Shown: positions 22,763 through 35,853 of the stretch, piece after piece
Layout: every line of letters begins with the position of its first letter
Numbering within the stretch: position 1 is the first letter of the stretch
Source of the DNA: Catajapyx aquilonaris
Taxonomy: Eukaryota
Length of the DNA: 64,000 nt
Direction of reading: 5' to 3'
NCBI GenBank assembly: GCA_000934665.2
Contig: KZ538067.1
Coordinates: 1 to 64,000, forward strand
The notes under the pieces: generated by a model
What the model was told of the DNA's origin: nothing
The model's database searches: none
Seen by the model: only the letters and a program-made list of their open reading frames with translations
Position numbers and translations under genes: made by a program

Positions 22763-23509
22763 GGATTCCATTGCACATATATTAGCACCACTGCCGGAAG
22801 AGATAACGGCACAGCTTTTTCTATTGCCCTGGGATAGAAGTGTCCCTGGGCTGGTTAAAACACACATTTCCGTCCCCACAGCTAATGTCGTACAAGCACA
22901 CATTGTTTGTTCCCCTCTGGACCCACTCAAAGCTGGTGGGAGGGACATGGGATTGAACCCAGGGCATACTCAGCTGCAGTGAAATGAGTGTGGGTCACTA
23001 TAAGGGGGTTCAAGGTCACACAGCGCGGGGCTCCAGGCGGTCGCCCGGACTGCCCACCCCTAAGGCCAGCTCTGATCCTTGGAACCAAAAGTTCTTCCAA
23101 CTGCGTATCTGGAACTCCAGATGGTACAGGGAAAATAACCTAAGCAATAAAGTTATGTAAATTCAATTTATGGTCTGGCTGTAAAATGGCCACGGGTTAT
23201 ACACTGGGTTTTCGCTCCTGGTGATTGCTGTTGTCACGTCTACCTTCAATCATGTAGCTCCATTTCACAATTTTGGAGAGTAAGTAGGCTTCCATTATGT
23301 GTGACAGAAATACATTTAAAATCCTGAACCAGGACCAAACGTAAGTTCCACGTAGGGGAAGTTTCCACTGTATCTGGTACATTATATAAAAGTTTCACTC
23401 TGTATTTTCATAAACAATTCAAAATTCTCACTGAACGTTGTGTAGAATGTACTGTAGGTGTAAAAACCCTTTCACACAGCACAGGAATAGAAATAAGAAG
23501 TCCACATTT

Positions 23510-23707
23510 CTACTTGAGAAGGTCAAGGATTCCGACATCATCAAACTGTTGACCACCTTGCTGCTGGCCACCAGGCCCTCCTTGCTGTTGCTGTTGCTGC
23601 TGCTGCTGCTGCATCTGCTGTTGCTGAGCCTGGAATTGTTGCAACTGCAACAGTTGTTGTGGCCTGAATTGTTGCTGTTGTGCTTGCTGCAGGTGTTGTT
23701 GCTGTTG
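23510..23707 (-). CDS. MED25: MED25 terminal exon 12 (polyQ...[11 protein letters not shown])
   Basis: ttgcag acceptor (exact CAG uncertain within the CAG-rich tract); TAG stop at 23510-23512; acidic-hydrophobic C-terminus as in MED25. Confidence 0.85.
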   Translation of the reverse strand, partial: QQQQHLQQAQQQQFRPQQLLQLQQFQAQQQQMQQQQQQQQQQGGPGGQQQGGQQFDDVGILDLLK

Positions 23708-26700
23708 CTGCAAAGCCATGAACAATAGTAAAATACGAACTTTCTTGGACATGCAGTAGTATATTATTATTAGTTGATTAACCCTACTAAGACGGGTGGT
23801 TTTTCGCATTTTTGCAAGGATTGCAAAAAATTCGCTTGCTTTGGGGGATGAGACGTAAATACACTAGTGAATAAGATCGTCTAGTGTCCAGGCTTGATCC
23901 AGAGGCCATCTATGTGACCCTCCTCTCATCCCATACGGAGATGTAAATTCTTAAATGCGCAACAAGGTGGCATGTTTTGCGCATACTCAAATTTTTGTCA
24001 CTGTGCCTCTGCTCTGCCTGCTTCACAAAAAGTATATGGGTATGTAGCCTTGGCACCGCTGAACAGAGCAGTGCATAAGCACGTGGCATGAATTACGTCA
24101 CAGGACAGGCATGCCAGCAACAGAGACAAACATTCACCCCCCAACCGAGTGTAAACCTCCCTTGCTCCACAGCTGTTCAAAAACCCCGCGGGGCATGCGC
24201 CCCTCCATCCTGACAGAGGCCGGCCGGGAGTTGCGCAGTGGCCCGTCAGCAGTTAATTGGCATTTACGAACATCATTTATTTATTTTAAAGCTATTGAAT
24301 TATCTTTTGCACTAATTTTAGGGTGGAATCTCTTGAGGAGGTTTGGGGGCAACTCTGTATGCCAAAATTTTGCCGGCCAAGGTCGGAATTTTTTTCTTCT
24401 TCGCAGTTTTTTTTTCCAGCGGCTACAAAAAGATGATTTCATTAAAGTTAATCTGGTTAATCCGGTTTATTTATGCCAGATTTTGTAGTCCAAAACTCGC
24501 GATTTTTTACGCGAGAGAAAATTAAAAAAGCTACACAGAAACCACGTTACATATTGGGAAAACTCTACCGTTTCGCCAGCAGAATTTTTCAAAGCCACCG
24601 TATCAGCATATGATACGCCCATCTTATTAGGGTTAAAAGTTACACTGTTGTGTTTACTCCATGACTGTGAAGCAACTGATAGCTTAGAGCCGTGCTTCCC
24701 AATCTTTTTCGTTGTTGATGCCACAAAATCGTCTCGTAAAATTTGCGACCCCCCAGATGTGCACATTTGATTCCCCAACATGAAAAGACAGGTAAACAGT
24801 GACATGAAAATCATTGATAACTATTGTCGAGTATCTGAATTGTTCAGTAACTTACCTTATGGTCATAATTTTCAAGAGAGATAGAGTCATTTTGTGAAAA
24901 TAATTTTTGCCCTCCCTCATGACCCCAAATATTAAGTTCGTGACCCCATTTGGAAGCCCTGGCTGAGAGCCATATTGATAAAAATTTCACATGTACTTTT
25001 TCATTTCATATACCAGGTTTGAGAGAGTGGCTTAGCACATTGCATGTTAGCTTCTCTTACCCTGCTCAAGTGCAAGAATGCCATATTGAGTAACGAATTC
25101 TTACAAATCTTGAAGCAACCACTATTACACTGTATTTTGTTAAATGTGCTGGCCAAAAAAGAAATTTCACAATTTATGTTCTATGGCTCGGTTTCATCTG
25201 TAAGCTATAAAGTTCTGTCAAATGAAAGTGAATGGTCACTTGTATATGTAGACAATGTCATGATATAGTGATGGTACAGTGGTGGAAATTAATGGATATC
25301 CACCACTGTACAGGTGCCCTGGTGATTTATTCAGGTTTCATATGCTACCTTTCAGAAGGCCTCAAAGAAAACTAACAAGCAATGGCAAATTCACTGTGAC
25401 CACCAAACTGACCTGCTGCAAGAGATGTCGAAGACCTGGGTTAGCCTGTATTCCTGGTCGTATAAGCCTCTGCTGCTGCTGCTGTGGTTGCACCTGCATT
25501 CCCTGTGGACCTGTAGGCCTCTGCTGCAGCTGTTGTTGTATCTGAGCCCGCAACTGCTGATGGTGGTGGTCTTGCTGCTGTTGTTGAAACATACTTGCGT
25601 TGTTCTGCACCAAGAATGTAACAAAAAAATTACAGTTAACCTTGAATGGATGCATTCGGCATCCAGACAGAAAAGGGACCCAGGAAGACATGACAGTTTT
25701 TTTTGTTTCAGGATTTTCAACAGAGAATGAGTTACATTTTCTTTCTTTTCGATGAAACTGCTGTCTATTGGTTCTAATTTCTGCATTTGGCGCCTTTAAA
25801 AATATAGGACGTGCTTTATTGAGCTTGGTTGTAGCTTTTACCTGCATTAGTAGATTGGGTGGCCGCAGCTGAAATGTAGGAACCGGTATGAAATTTGCAA
25901 ACATTCAAACAGTCAATAATTTTCATGAAAAGATTTGCCGCATGGCCAATATGTTTTCCCGAGTTTTGAAACTGGCTATAAAACAGAGTATAACAACCCA
26001 ATCAGTTAACCTCTGAAGTGGTAAGTCTGCTGCTTGCTAGATAATTTGCAACGTTACAATAGACCTAGTAACTGCAAATGTGTCGCAGGTGTTGTAATGA
26101 TATTATGAAATCATTGTATTTGTAAAGGCTACCAAGAATTCCTGTCATGTGTAGCAACTTTTCCAACAATGACATCACTTAAGATATAAATCATCATGAA
26201 GCAACTGTGAACATAATAAATTTGCTTTAGTCCAACATATGGTACAGGTCAAATTTTCAGATGTCCCTAAGTCAGGTCAGGTCCACATCAATGAAAATGC
26301 TCCATACATTCGTGAGTCCAGCTGGCACTTCTGATTATCAGTTGCTCAGACTGGATGTGCTGAGTATGCAGCTCTATACAAGGTGTTTCTAACTAGTCCA
26401 GCCAACGGCCGGCAGTGTATTCCTTGGGCCAAAACAAGTCGAAAATGTAGGGGGGGAGAAATGTCGAGGGATATGAGCGATGATAATCACGTCTGTGAAA
26501 GAGGTGACCTTGCAAATCCCAACAGTCGCGATTTTCACGCTCATATCATGTTTCTGGTCAGGGTCATTTAATGGTTGCTCCCTCGACACTTCACCCCCCT
26601 ACATTTTCGATTTCTTTTGGCTCAAGGAATACGCTGACAGCCGTTGGCTGGACTAGTAATAAACACTCTGTATGCTTGTCAATCAGGATGCCAGAATGAC

Positions 26701-29700
26701 TGAAGGATGTGCTTGATATTGCAACCAATACAGATCTAAGTGACTTCTTGGGGCACCTGTAAAACATTGCATCCTATGGGTCTCTGTCAACACCTTGAGG
26801 CCGGCAGCACCACTTAACAGAGCAGATCTCACCTCTCAGGGCTCTTTACAGTTAGATTGGTCAGCTCAGCCCCCTGACACATCCAGCCTAGCCCTGTATT
26901 GAACGTTGTTTAATATAAAAGGCTCCGATAGGCGGGTAATTTGGCGCTGGCGCGCCCCCACAGTTGGCTAGTGGGCGGTAGGTTCGGGTTGGCCGTCTTC
27001 GGAACCAACCCAAACCATTATTTCCTGCGTTCGCATATTGCTGGCTGTGGGGGCGGCCAGTGCCAAATTCCCCACCTAGCGGAGCCTTTTATATTAAACT
27101 ACCGTATCGTATTTGTGTCAGGGGGCTGGGTCAGCTAGAATTTCAACACAGTAGCCTACCATGTCAAGTTGTACAAACTGCTTAATAACTCTCCACACTA
27201 TTCACACAATGGGTAGCTATTTCATACGTGAATTTCATCACAGATAGGTTAAATAAATGTATCACAAGCGTGATAATGGCCAAAAGGTCACTTCCAGGCA
27301 TGGGTACTCCATAGCAAATTCAGATGCACCCCATCAACAGTTCCATCTAGCAAGGCAGAATCATGCCAGTGTGCACCCGAACCCTAAGTTAGAGCCATTA
27401 ACCCTCCAGTACAAGCCACCATAATTCTACCAATTGCTTACTGGGCGAGTAATTTGATACATCTTCTGCAGTGTTTAGCATTCATTAACTAACAATCCCA
27501 TGCTTCTTGTAATAAGAAACCAATTTAAAATGGAATGTGACTGAAGCCATTTGAGAGATTACCTCAGCAGTCCTACATCTACAGGATTCCTTGTACCTAT
27601 TACAACTGAATTAATAACAGATTAATTTGAATGAAATGAGGTGTCTCAATTAACCTCCAGCTGCGACTTGAACTGCAGCTCCTTAGCCTGTGCCTGCTCC
27701 AGAGTCTGTTTCAGCTGTTGTATCTGCAGGAGGTTCTGCTGCCTCATCACCATCAGATCATTCTTCTGTCCTGGGGGCTGCCCTGGTGCCTGACCTTGGG
27801 CTGGCCTGGGTGGAACTGCCCCTGGCGGTGTCTGGCCTTGACCCTGCCCTCCCTGCTGGCCTTGCTGGCCCTGCCCACCAGCCATAGTTGCAAGGAGGTT
27901 TGGAGGAAGCACCTGAAATGTCACCTTAAAATTAAAACAGATCCCTATCCTAATAAATTGACATACATACATTTACTCGAATTAAAGTTCGACCAACCTG
28001 TGGTGGAACAAGTGGCCCGTCTGCTTGCCCTTGCTGCTGCCCCATGAGCTGTGCTGCTGTCACTGGTGTATTGGCCACCATTGTTGATGAGATTGAAGAA
28101 GGCATAGCAGCAGAAGGACCACCAACATTCTGGCTCATCTGCCCTCCACCCATGGACACAGCATTTGTCTGAGAGACAAGGATGTTTGGAGCTGAAGAAG
28201 ATGCTGCACTGTTCCCAGCTGAGTTTGACATAATTGGATTTGGCTGTGACATTCCTGGCATTCCAGGGTTTCCAGGCATCTGTATGAGTGGGATGGAAGA
28301 AAATAGTACAGTAAAGCTCATGATGCACATGCAGCTCATCACAAGTTATACAGGTTGAGCCAAAAGTCATTTCCAGCAAGTTACCCTTGTTGGTTGTTTT
28401 TAGAATGCAATACCGACATCTTTACTGCAGGGTGAGTCAAATGCGCCTCAGGTTAGCACCATCATTTCTCAATCAAAAGTGCAGGCAAATCCAATTTTTG
28501 CTAAATTCCATCATCACATAGGAGACTTTATAGTTTTAAAATTCTCTCATTAATTGCTACCTCCAACTGCATCACCTGGTAATGGCTATGGGAAGCTTTC
28601 TCAACTCAATTTTAAATAAAAAATATCAGATTATGTAGTTATTCCCAATACATAATGATAGACTTTCTGTCAATGTGAGCAGATAAAACCAGGCCTAATT
28701 GCAGCTGACAATATGGGGCAAATGTACTTGCAAGAGATCCACATTAGATTTGCGTCTACTCTTCACTGAAAATGACTGCCAAAATAAACAACAGTTTCAC
28801 TCACTCTGTCAGGGAGGCAGTTACATTACATCCCTAGCTCAGAGGCATTACAGACTCATAAAGAACTACAAAAAGTAGCCACAGCTACTGAGGAATATAG
28901 CAATTTCTACCTCCAAGTCGCAGGCCATTGTCTTTCGGAGGAGGAATTGTTGGTAGACCAAGAAGAGCAGGTACACCAACAAGGAGAAGAGGTGGAGTTA
29001 GAAACCATTTGTGTATCAACTCTCTGCCTTGGGGGAAATAGAATTAAAGTTTTTTCAGCAAGAACATCACCAATTCGAATAACAAAGGACCTGGAAAAGC
29101 ACTGTGTAACTTAACAAAGTCAGGCAGTAGCTGTAAATTTTCAGTATCTAGGAGGAAGGTAATTCTCCTTCGAATTAATGAGGTTTTGCTGTACAGTACA
29201 GTACTTGGACACCATTACTGACAATGAATTCATGAATATTGTATGTAATTGGAGCCAAAATGCTACAGTAAAACTTCCATGAACGTAAGTTTTCTACATG
29301 CAAAAGAGCACTGAATATATTTGAACTTCATACTTTCAACTTTTTTCTTACAGTGAAGAACTTACTCTATGGAAGTTTCTCTGTAGTTAATGGTCAGGAA
29401 TTAGTATCACTTCCTACACTACATAATGTTGTGCTGAACTGTCATAACATGCACATTTTTCCAACTTGAACTGATAGCAAGGCTAGATATGCACTGATAC
29501 CATTTTTACACGAGCTTGAATCAAGAATAGAATACCAGTACATAATAACATTCCACAGCATATCGATGGCCAAGTGTACATTGTAAGAGACAAATGAAAA
29601 TTTATAGGGCACAAAGAAACAGACATCATTAACTGGTAAATCCGGGTAAATCAGTATACCACTCATATTACATATTGATTCCAAATTATACATTGATGCA

Positions 29701-32700
29701 TATTTATTCAAGTTACAATATTAATTACACACTAGGTAAAAAGTGGATTTTGGGATTACTTATTGATGACATAATTTCGCTAAAAATGTCAGTTACAATG
29801 CTTGTACTTTTGGGCATTAATATGTTTCATAATTTTTAAATACACTCCTCCCTCCTACCCCCTTTGCTGCACCGTGAAATGTGGTTAACACAAGGTGCTG
29901 CTTACCTCCTAGTCTTCTGGCTGCCAATAGATTCACTGCCCCAAGGCAAACGTAAAATGTTTGGGTATTGTAACAACATAGACAACATCAAAAATTTTGA
30001 TGCATTCTAAGACCCACATTAATCCAAGCATTGCACTCATATCTTGCTCTGTATGAAAGTGTCATGGAACCAAGATGAAAAGGCAGGTTCCACCCACTTT
30101 ACACCACTTCTTATACATCTGTCCCTTTTTTCAGTCAGTCCGTAAAAGTATGACCAAGCTCCCCGGTGTTCCGGTAAATGCTGTTCACCTTCTATTTAGT
30201 AATACTGACACTCAACTTGTACACCAACTTGCCAGGTTCTTCCAAATCGCAGTAAATTTACTTAATTTTTCTGATATAATATTATGTTTGTTTTGTTGAG
30301 CTCACGAGCAATTAATGACATGTTTCTACCTTGATTTTTCCCGACGCATTATTCCAGTCATATGCCATTTAAATTATTATGTTCATGTATTAAGGCTGCA
30401 CATATACAGGGTCATCAAAAAAGAATGTCCCAATTTGAAAACTCTAACTCGAAAACTTGTAGACATATCTTAATGATTTAAGTTTTGAAATGCTCAGAAG
30501 TGTCTAAAGTTTTGGCCTTACCATAATTTGTCTCGATATGAGCTCCATTTGTCCCTCGAAAAATTTAAATACGGTATCGGGATCGTGCCAAACCAGCTCA
30601 GGTCTGATGATACAATTGTGATCCTATTCCGTAGGTGCTGGTGATGCCGGATCTTTTCAATACATGTGTCTCCACAAAAAAAGTCAATTGGGGTGTTCTG
30701 GGCTTCTGGAGGTGATAGGCATGGCAAAACTTCTCATTAAAGACTTCACACACTGGGAGGCTGGACAAATGAAACCTTCCTACGGTAGGTTTGTTTCGTG
30801 GATGAGGGGACTTTTTATGTGAATCATCAAGAACAATGTGTGTGGTGTAAAGACCCAAGATATCCATTACCTACGGGATAGGATTGCAAAGGTAACTCCA
30901 GATGATTGGTAGGGCTTGGCACAACACTGATTACAGCCCTTTAAAAATCTGCAGAGCGACACATGAAGATCATATCGAAACAAACTAAGGTGAGATCAAA
31001 ACTTTAGACCTTTCTTAGCATTTTAAAACTTACATCATTCAGATATGTCTACAAGTTTCCAAGTTATAGGGTTTTCAAATTGGGACATTCTTTTTCGATG
31101 ACCCTGTATTTAGCCAGTGTAGTTAATCTTTATTGATGTATTTACTTTCCAAACATAATGTACTGATAATAATTGTAGGAGATGGAGTCTCCCTGTAAGG
31201 GCCACCGGCCCACTGGGTAAGTAAACACATACATACAAATGGCTGTTGTTGTTTATGTTGTTACTAGTTGATGCCCATATTTGAGGGGTGTGGTAGAAAA
31301 AAGTGATACCCTCATTTTTGTCATTTTTAGCTGAACACCTAGAAACTATGTAAAATACATGACAAACAGTTTGGAGTACTCAAAATTCACCTATCATGCA
31401 CGAGATGGCCACACGGACTAGATCAAAACCCACATTCCCTATGATTTGTTACGAGATTGCAAACTTAAATCTGCTCTCCTGAAAAATTACACTTTTGTGG
31501 GTTATCACCTTTTTCCACCACACACCTCATTTTACGCATGTTTTTGGGCCAAGAAAGCCAATGGCGAACAAGTGACACTGAAGTAGCATACACCCATACA
31601 TTCCATAATTTTACACGATGTACTTATGGTATATTGCTCTTGCTTGGCTAATTTAAAAAGAACCTCAGTTTATCAGTAGTGAAAAATGGATAGTAGTTAT
31701 CTTCATACATAATTATAAGTACTGATATCCATCAGTAGGCCAGAAAGCCCCTACTTCCTGAACTTCTTGGTTGCTAGCAATGATGAAAATAGCCTGGACT
31801 GTGTGTTTCACAATTAAGCCCATATTTGTATCAGCGGAAATTTCTAGGAAGCTCTTGAGTTAAGTTGGTAGTTCTGTTTGGTAGAAGAGCCACATGACCA
31901 TCCTCCCATGTGCATCTCACCTTGCTTTCAGTGGTGGGGCCAACATGACTTATGGGCAAGCATGGTATTTCCACCTATGAGGTCAATTCTGTTACACAGT
32001 ATACAGGGTGGTACACTGCTCAAGTCAACACCTCCATTAATGGGATGGGGTAAAACATGATAAATTACTTGGCAGGAAAAGTGGGCTCAGAGTGGTAGTG
32101 GGAGAATTCTTGGGACACTTTTCCTGCCACTTGTGCCCAGCCAAATCTACTGTTGCTTCCAACAATGATATTCAATAAACTACCAATTGCAAGTGTCATG
32201 TTCCTACACTCACAGGTTTTGAAGATAGCTGACATCTCAGTGTTGATTAATAGCAATTAAGCAATTGTTGCAATCCCAGAAATAACATTAATTCTGAATG
32301 GGAAAAATATCTCTTCACCATTGGGCCACATAAATTGTTTGGTCCTGGCACATGCAACTTCTTCAGAACATCTCCAGTGCTCCTTGGCACAACACCCTCA
32401 TGCTACTCTAAATTTTATTGAGAAATGTTGTTCTAACATATCTTGAGCGTAAGTTCTGGACTCCCTACTTGAAACAGCTTCATTCACTTGCATGAATTTC
32501 TAGCCATGCTGGAATAAACTATAAGCCCGTCTCCAAAGAGTACTTGCCAGCTAGGAGTTTGATGAATGCGTGTCACATTTTTTCTAGTCCTCGTACAAAA
32601 ATCATATTTATCCTATGCAATGTGGATATATTTTTAAATTTTCTATTCTGTCAACTCTTAATCTCTGGACTACCAAAAGTGATTTGCAATTAAGTGGGTA

Positions 32701-35700
32701 AATCTGAACAGGTGTTGCTATTCTCATTTTTGTGCACTAGCAAAAATGTAAATAACCTTTTCATATATTTCATCAATACCAATACATTTTACCTTCTTCT
32801 AAAAAAAACAAATACCCAATACTGGCATTGGTATTGGTTCACCCACAGCAGAAGCCATTCAATGGGTTGGGGTTAATGGACATGATTGTTTCTGCTGCAT
32901 CAACTTTTTCTGACTCACAATCATCCTTGCAATTTCTGGCTGATACGATATCTGTTTAGTTTTTAAAAAGACCTTTGGTCTCTGCGTGTTTAAAAGTGTC
33001 AGACTAAGCCTTTTGACTCACCCTGTATATTACAACAACATGACCACTAATAACTCATTAAAGGTCAGTCCTCAAATAAAAAATATACAAAATGAAAACC
33101 ATAAGTGAACAAATTTTGGAAAAATTTGATAAGTTTTTCAGCCAGATTTGAACTGGATTCATGTACACATCGATTAATTATCAGCAGTCAGCAAACTTGT
33201 GATACTCCTCATCCAACCACCCACACTGTATGGCATAGTTACCTGCCCCTGCCTCATGACATGTTGACTTTTTTGCTGTTGGATGACTTTCCTGATCCTG
33301 TCCACAAACCCAACTTGATCATTTGGAATGAATCCCAGGTAGGCCCGTTTGTCCTTGCTATATAGCAATATCAGCACTTTGATATCACATTGCGCATTTG
33401 TAAAATGGACGCAGCCAGCCTACAAAAAGAGACACAGATGCATTACATAATCCTTAAACCTCAAGAATACGTTACTCACAAATCCACTATCCATGACTTT
33501 AGTAAGTGATTCGAGAGCATCACAGTTCTGCAAGTTGAAAAGAACTGACTTTGCATTTTTAAAATAAATACTGCCAATGGTGCCAACCAAGGTCTTGGGA
33601 ATCAGTTGCATGATGAGCTTCTGTGGCCAGTTATCAGCATGGCTGTGGATAAAGAGAGTTTATATATTACAGTAAGGTCTATGCTATTATATCACGTAAA
33701 GGTAACATCATCATAGCCTAGTACAGTGTTGGACATTAATTGAGGCATGCTGCTAGCGACATTTTCCGAAGCGGCAGAAGAAGGAATCGAATATAAGGAG
33801 AGTGCAAGCTGGGCGAGCAAGATTCCTTCTTCTGCCGCTTTGGAAGATGTTGCTAACAGCATGCCTCGATTAATGTCCAACACTGTACTTTCCACTTAGA
33901 GCATAGTGCATTAGACAAACGTCTTGGGAGAGCACGGGCACCCCGACACACAACACCTCGCCTGCGCGCCATCGTGCGGGAAGGCCGGGAAGCTCAGCCC
34001 TGCGTAGCTGCTACTCAGCAGCCGCTACAGCTATTGCGCTATTCTGCGACTCGGTATCATGAAGCGTGACTGACAATACTTCCTGCAGGGTACTGTACGG
34101 TACTAAATAAATCCCTGGATAAAAATAAGGAGGAAGGGAGTGAAAAAAAGACTCAGAAGAAAACACGACGAAAAAAAGAGGGAGGGGGAAAAAAAAAGCC
34201 TCAGCCGGACGCGAACCTGCAGCCTTCTGATCTATAGGCCAGCGCGCTACCAATGCGCCAGAGCAGCCATCGCTTGGAATGCTTCTTCTGACGGGGGTTC
34301 TTGTACTGTGCAGAGGTGAGGCCGCCGTTAAATGACCAATTATGTGGAGTGGGTGAGCGTGTTGATATTTTCAGTGCTGGAATATTAATTTTCACTGCTT
34401 GATGTGGGTAGGGTAGGGGTACGATGTACTAACCCAACCTAACCAAACCTAACCTTCACTCGTTGCGGATACAGGCCTATCTTCAGCGTATACAGCCCTA
34501 TGTACAGATGTGACTACAACCGTATGATAGCAGGATATAGCGGAGAGCGGAATCGCAGTAGCTGCTACGGAGTAGCCGTTATCCGATGGAGTGATCGGAT
34601 CGGCGATGAACGGAACGGCGCATGCGCTGCGTGTTGTGTGTCGGGGTGCCCGTGCTCTCCGGAGACGTTTTTGTGCATTAGGCTCTTAGACAAAAATCCT
34701 GGCCCTTATCATTAGTCAGAAAAGGATCCCAGGTTTCCCACAATCAATTCCAGATGTTAGGCATATTCATTCACTTAATAATAAGCCTCTTAGGGGTGGT
34801 TGTATAAACAGGAGTTACGGTTAACCACAGAGTTAGCTCTAGTTTACATATACAGGGTGGTCGGTAAATGGCGCACAAGCTTTAGGTAGAAAGATTCCTT
34901 GTGAAAAACCAGTATCCGGAAGTGAAGGTCATATTGCTCTACGATGCCCGGTTAGGGCTCACGAGGCCTCCAAAGTTTGGGCCAAATCATGACGTCACAT
35001 CCGCCTGCGAAATTCAAACACTACCGTATCGCTACTGTCTGCAGTGCGTTGCCAGGGGGTGTCAACATAGCAACGCCTAGCAACACACCGCGTATGGCAG
35101 CGATACAGTAGTGATTGGATTTAGCGGGCGGATGTGACGTCATGATTTGGCCCAAACTTTGGAGGCCTCGTGAGCCCTAACCAGCCCTCATAGAGCAATA
35201 TGACCTTCACTTCCATATACTGGTTTTTCACAGGGAATCTTTCTACCTGAAGGTTGTGCGCCATTTACCGACCACCCTGCATAGGGTGTTCAAGTATGCG
35301 GGTTGCTTTAGGAAATTTCACTCAAAGCTGTTATTTCTTTGTAGCTTGTTGCCCCCGATCCAGGGGCCCTGCTATATAGCAACTGCTACATTCAACCACC
35401 TGGGAGTAATTGGGCACCTGGCTCAGGGCACAACAACCTACAGGCTGTGGCGCTAACCACTCCTCCCCCGTGCCGCCCTTTGCTGCTTTAACTAAGATTT
35501 AAACACCGAAGCAGTTTGGTGGAGTGGATAAGGTGTTTGACTGCTAATCGGGAGGTCCTGGGTTCGAGTCCCGAGGCCGGCAATCCTAACCGTGGTTTTC
35601 TGTGGTTTCCCACGGTCCCCCCAGGAGAATTCCGGGATTGCTTACTAAATAATTAGGCCACAGCCGCTTCCTTCCGTCCCTATCCTATCCCAAACAGCAA

Positions 35701-35788
35701 AGTAAAAATTAAAGCAAAGAGTTCCAGTCAAAACAAAATTGAGATGAACTCGCCCCCTAAAGAGCCGCCGGCTGATAACAGGGTATGA

Positions 35789-35853
<65 letters not shown>

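Larger units (their letters stand above)
18389..23074. mobile_element. hAT-type non-autonomous element (CAGGGCCGGCCCTAGG TIR), 4.7 kb with cargo
   Basis: Perfect 8-bp TSD atccttgg (18381-18388 and 23075-23082); imperfect TIR cctaaggccagctctg at the right end. Confidence 0.8.
28428..33025. mobile_element. Old 4.6-kb TIR element (CAGGGTGAGTCAAA) filling most of MED25 intron 8
   Basis: 14-bp perfect TIR match; right flank TA, left flank TG; no intact ORF; hosts two younger MITEs. Confidence 0.55.

Noticed and set aside
23438..23728. Plus-strand Leu-rich ORF, and other plus-strand ORFs over MED25 and zinc-finger exons
   Set aside because: Antisense shadows of CAG/CCA-rich coding exons
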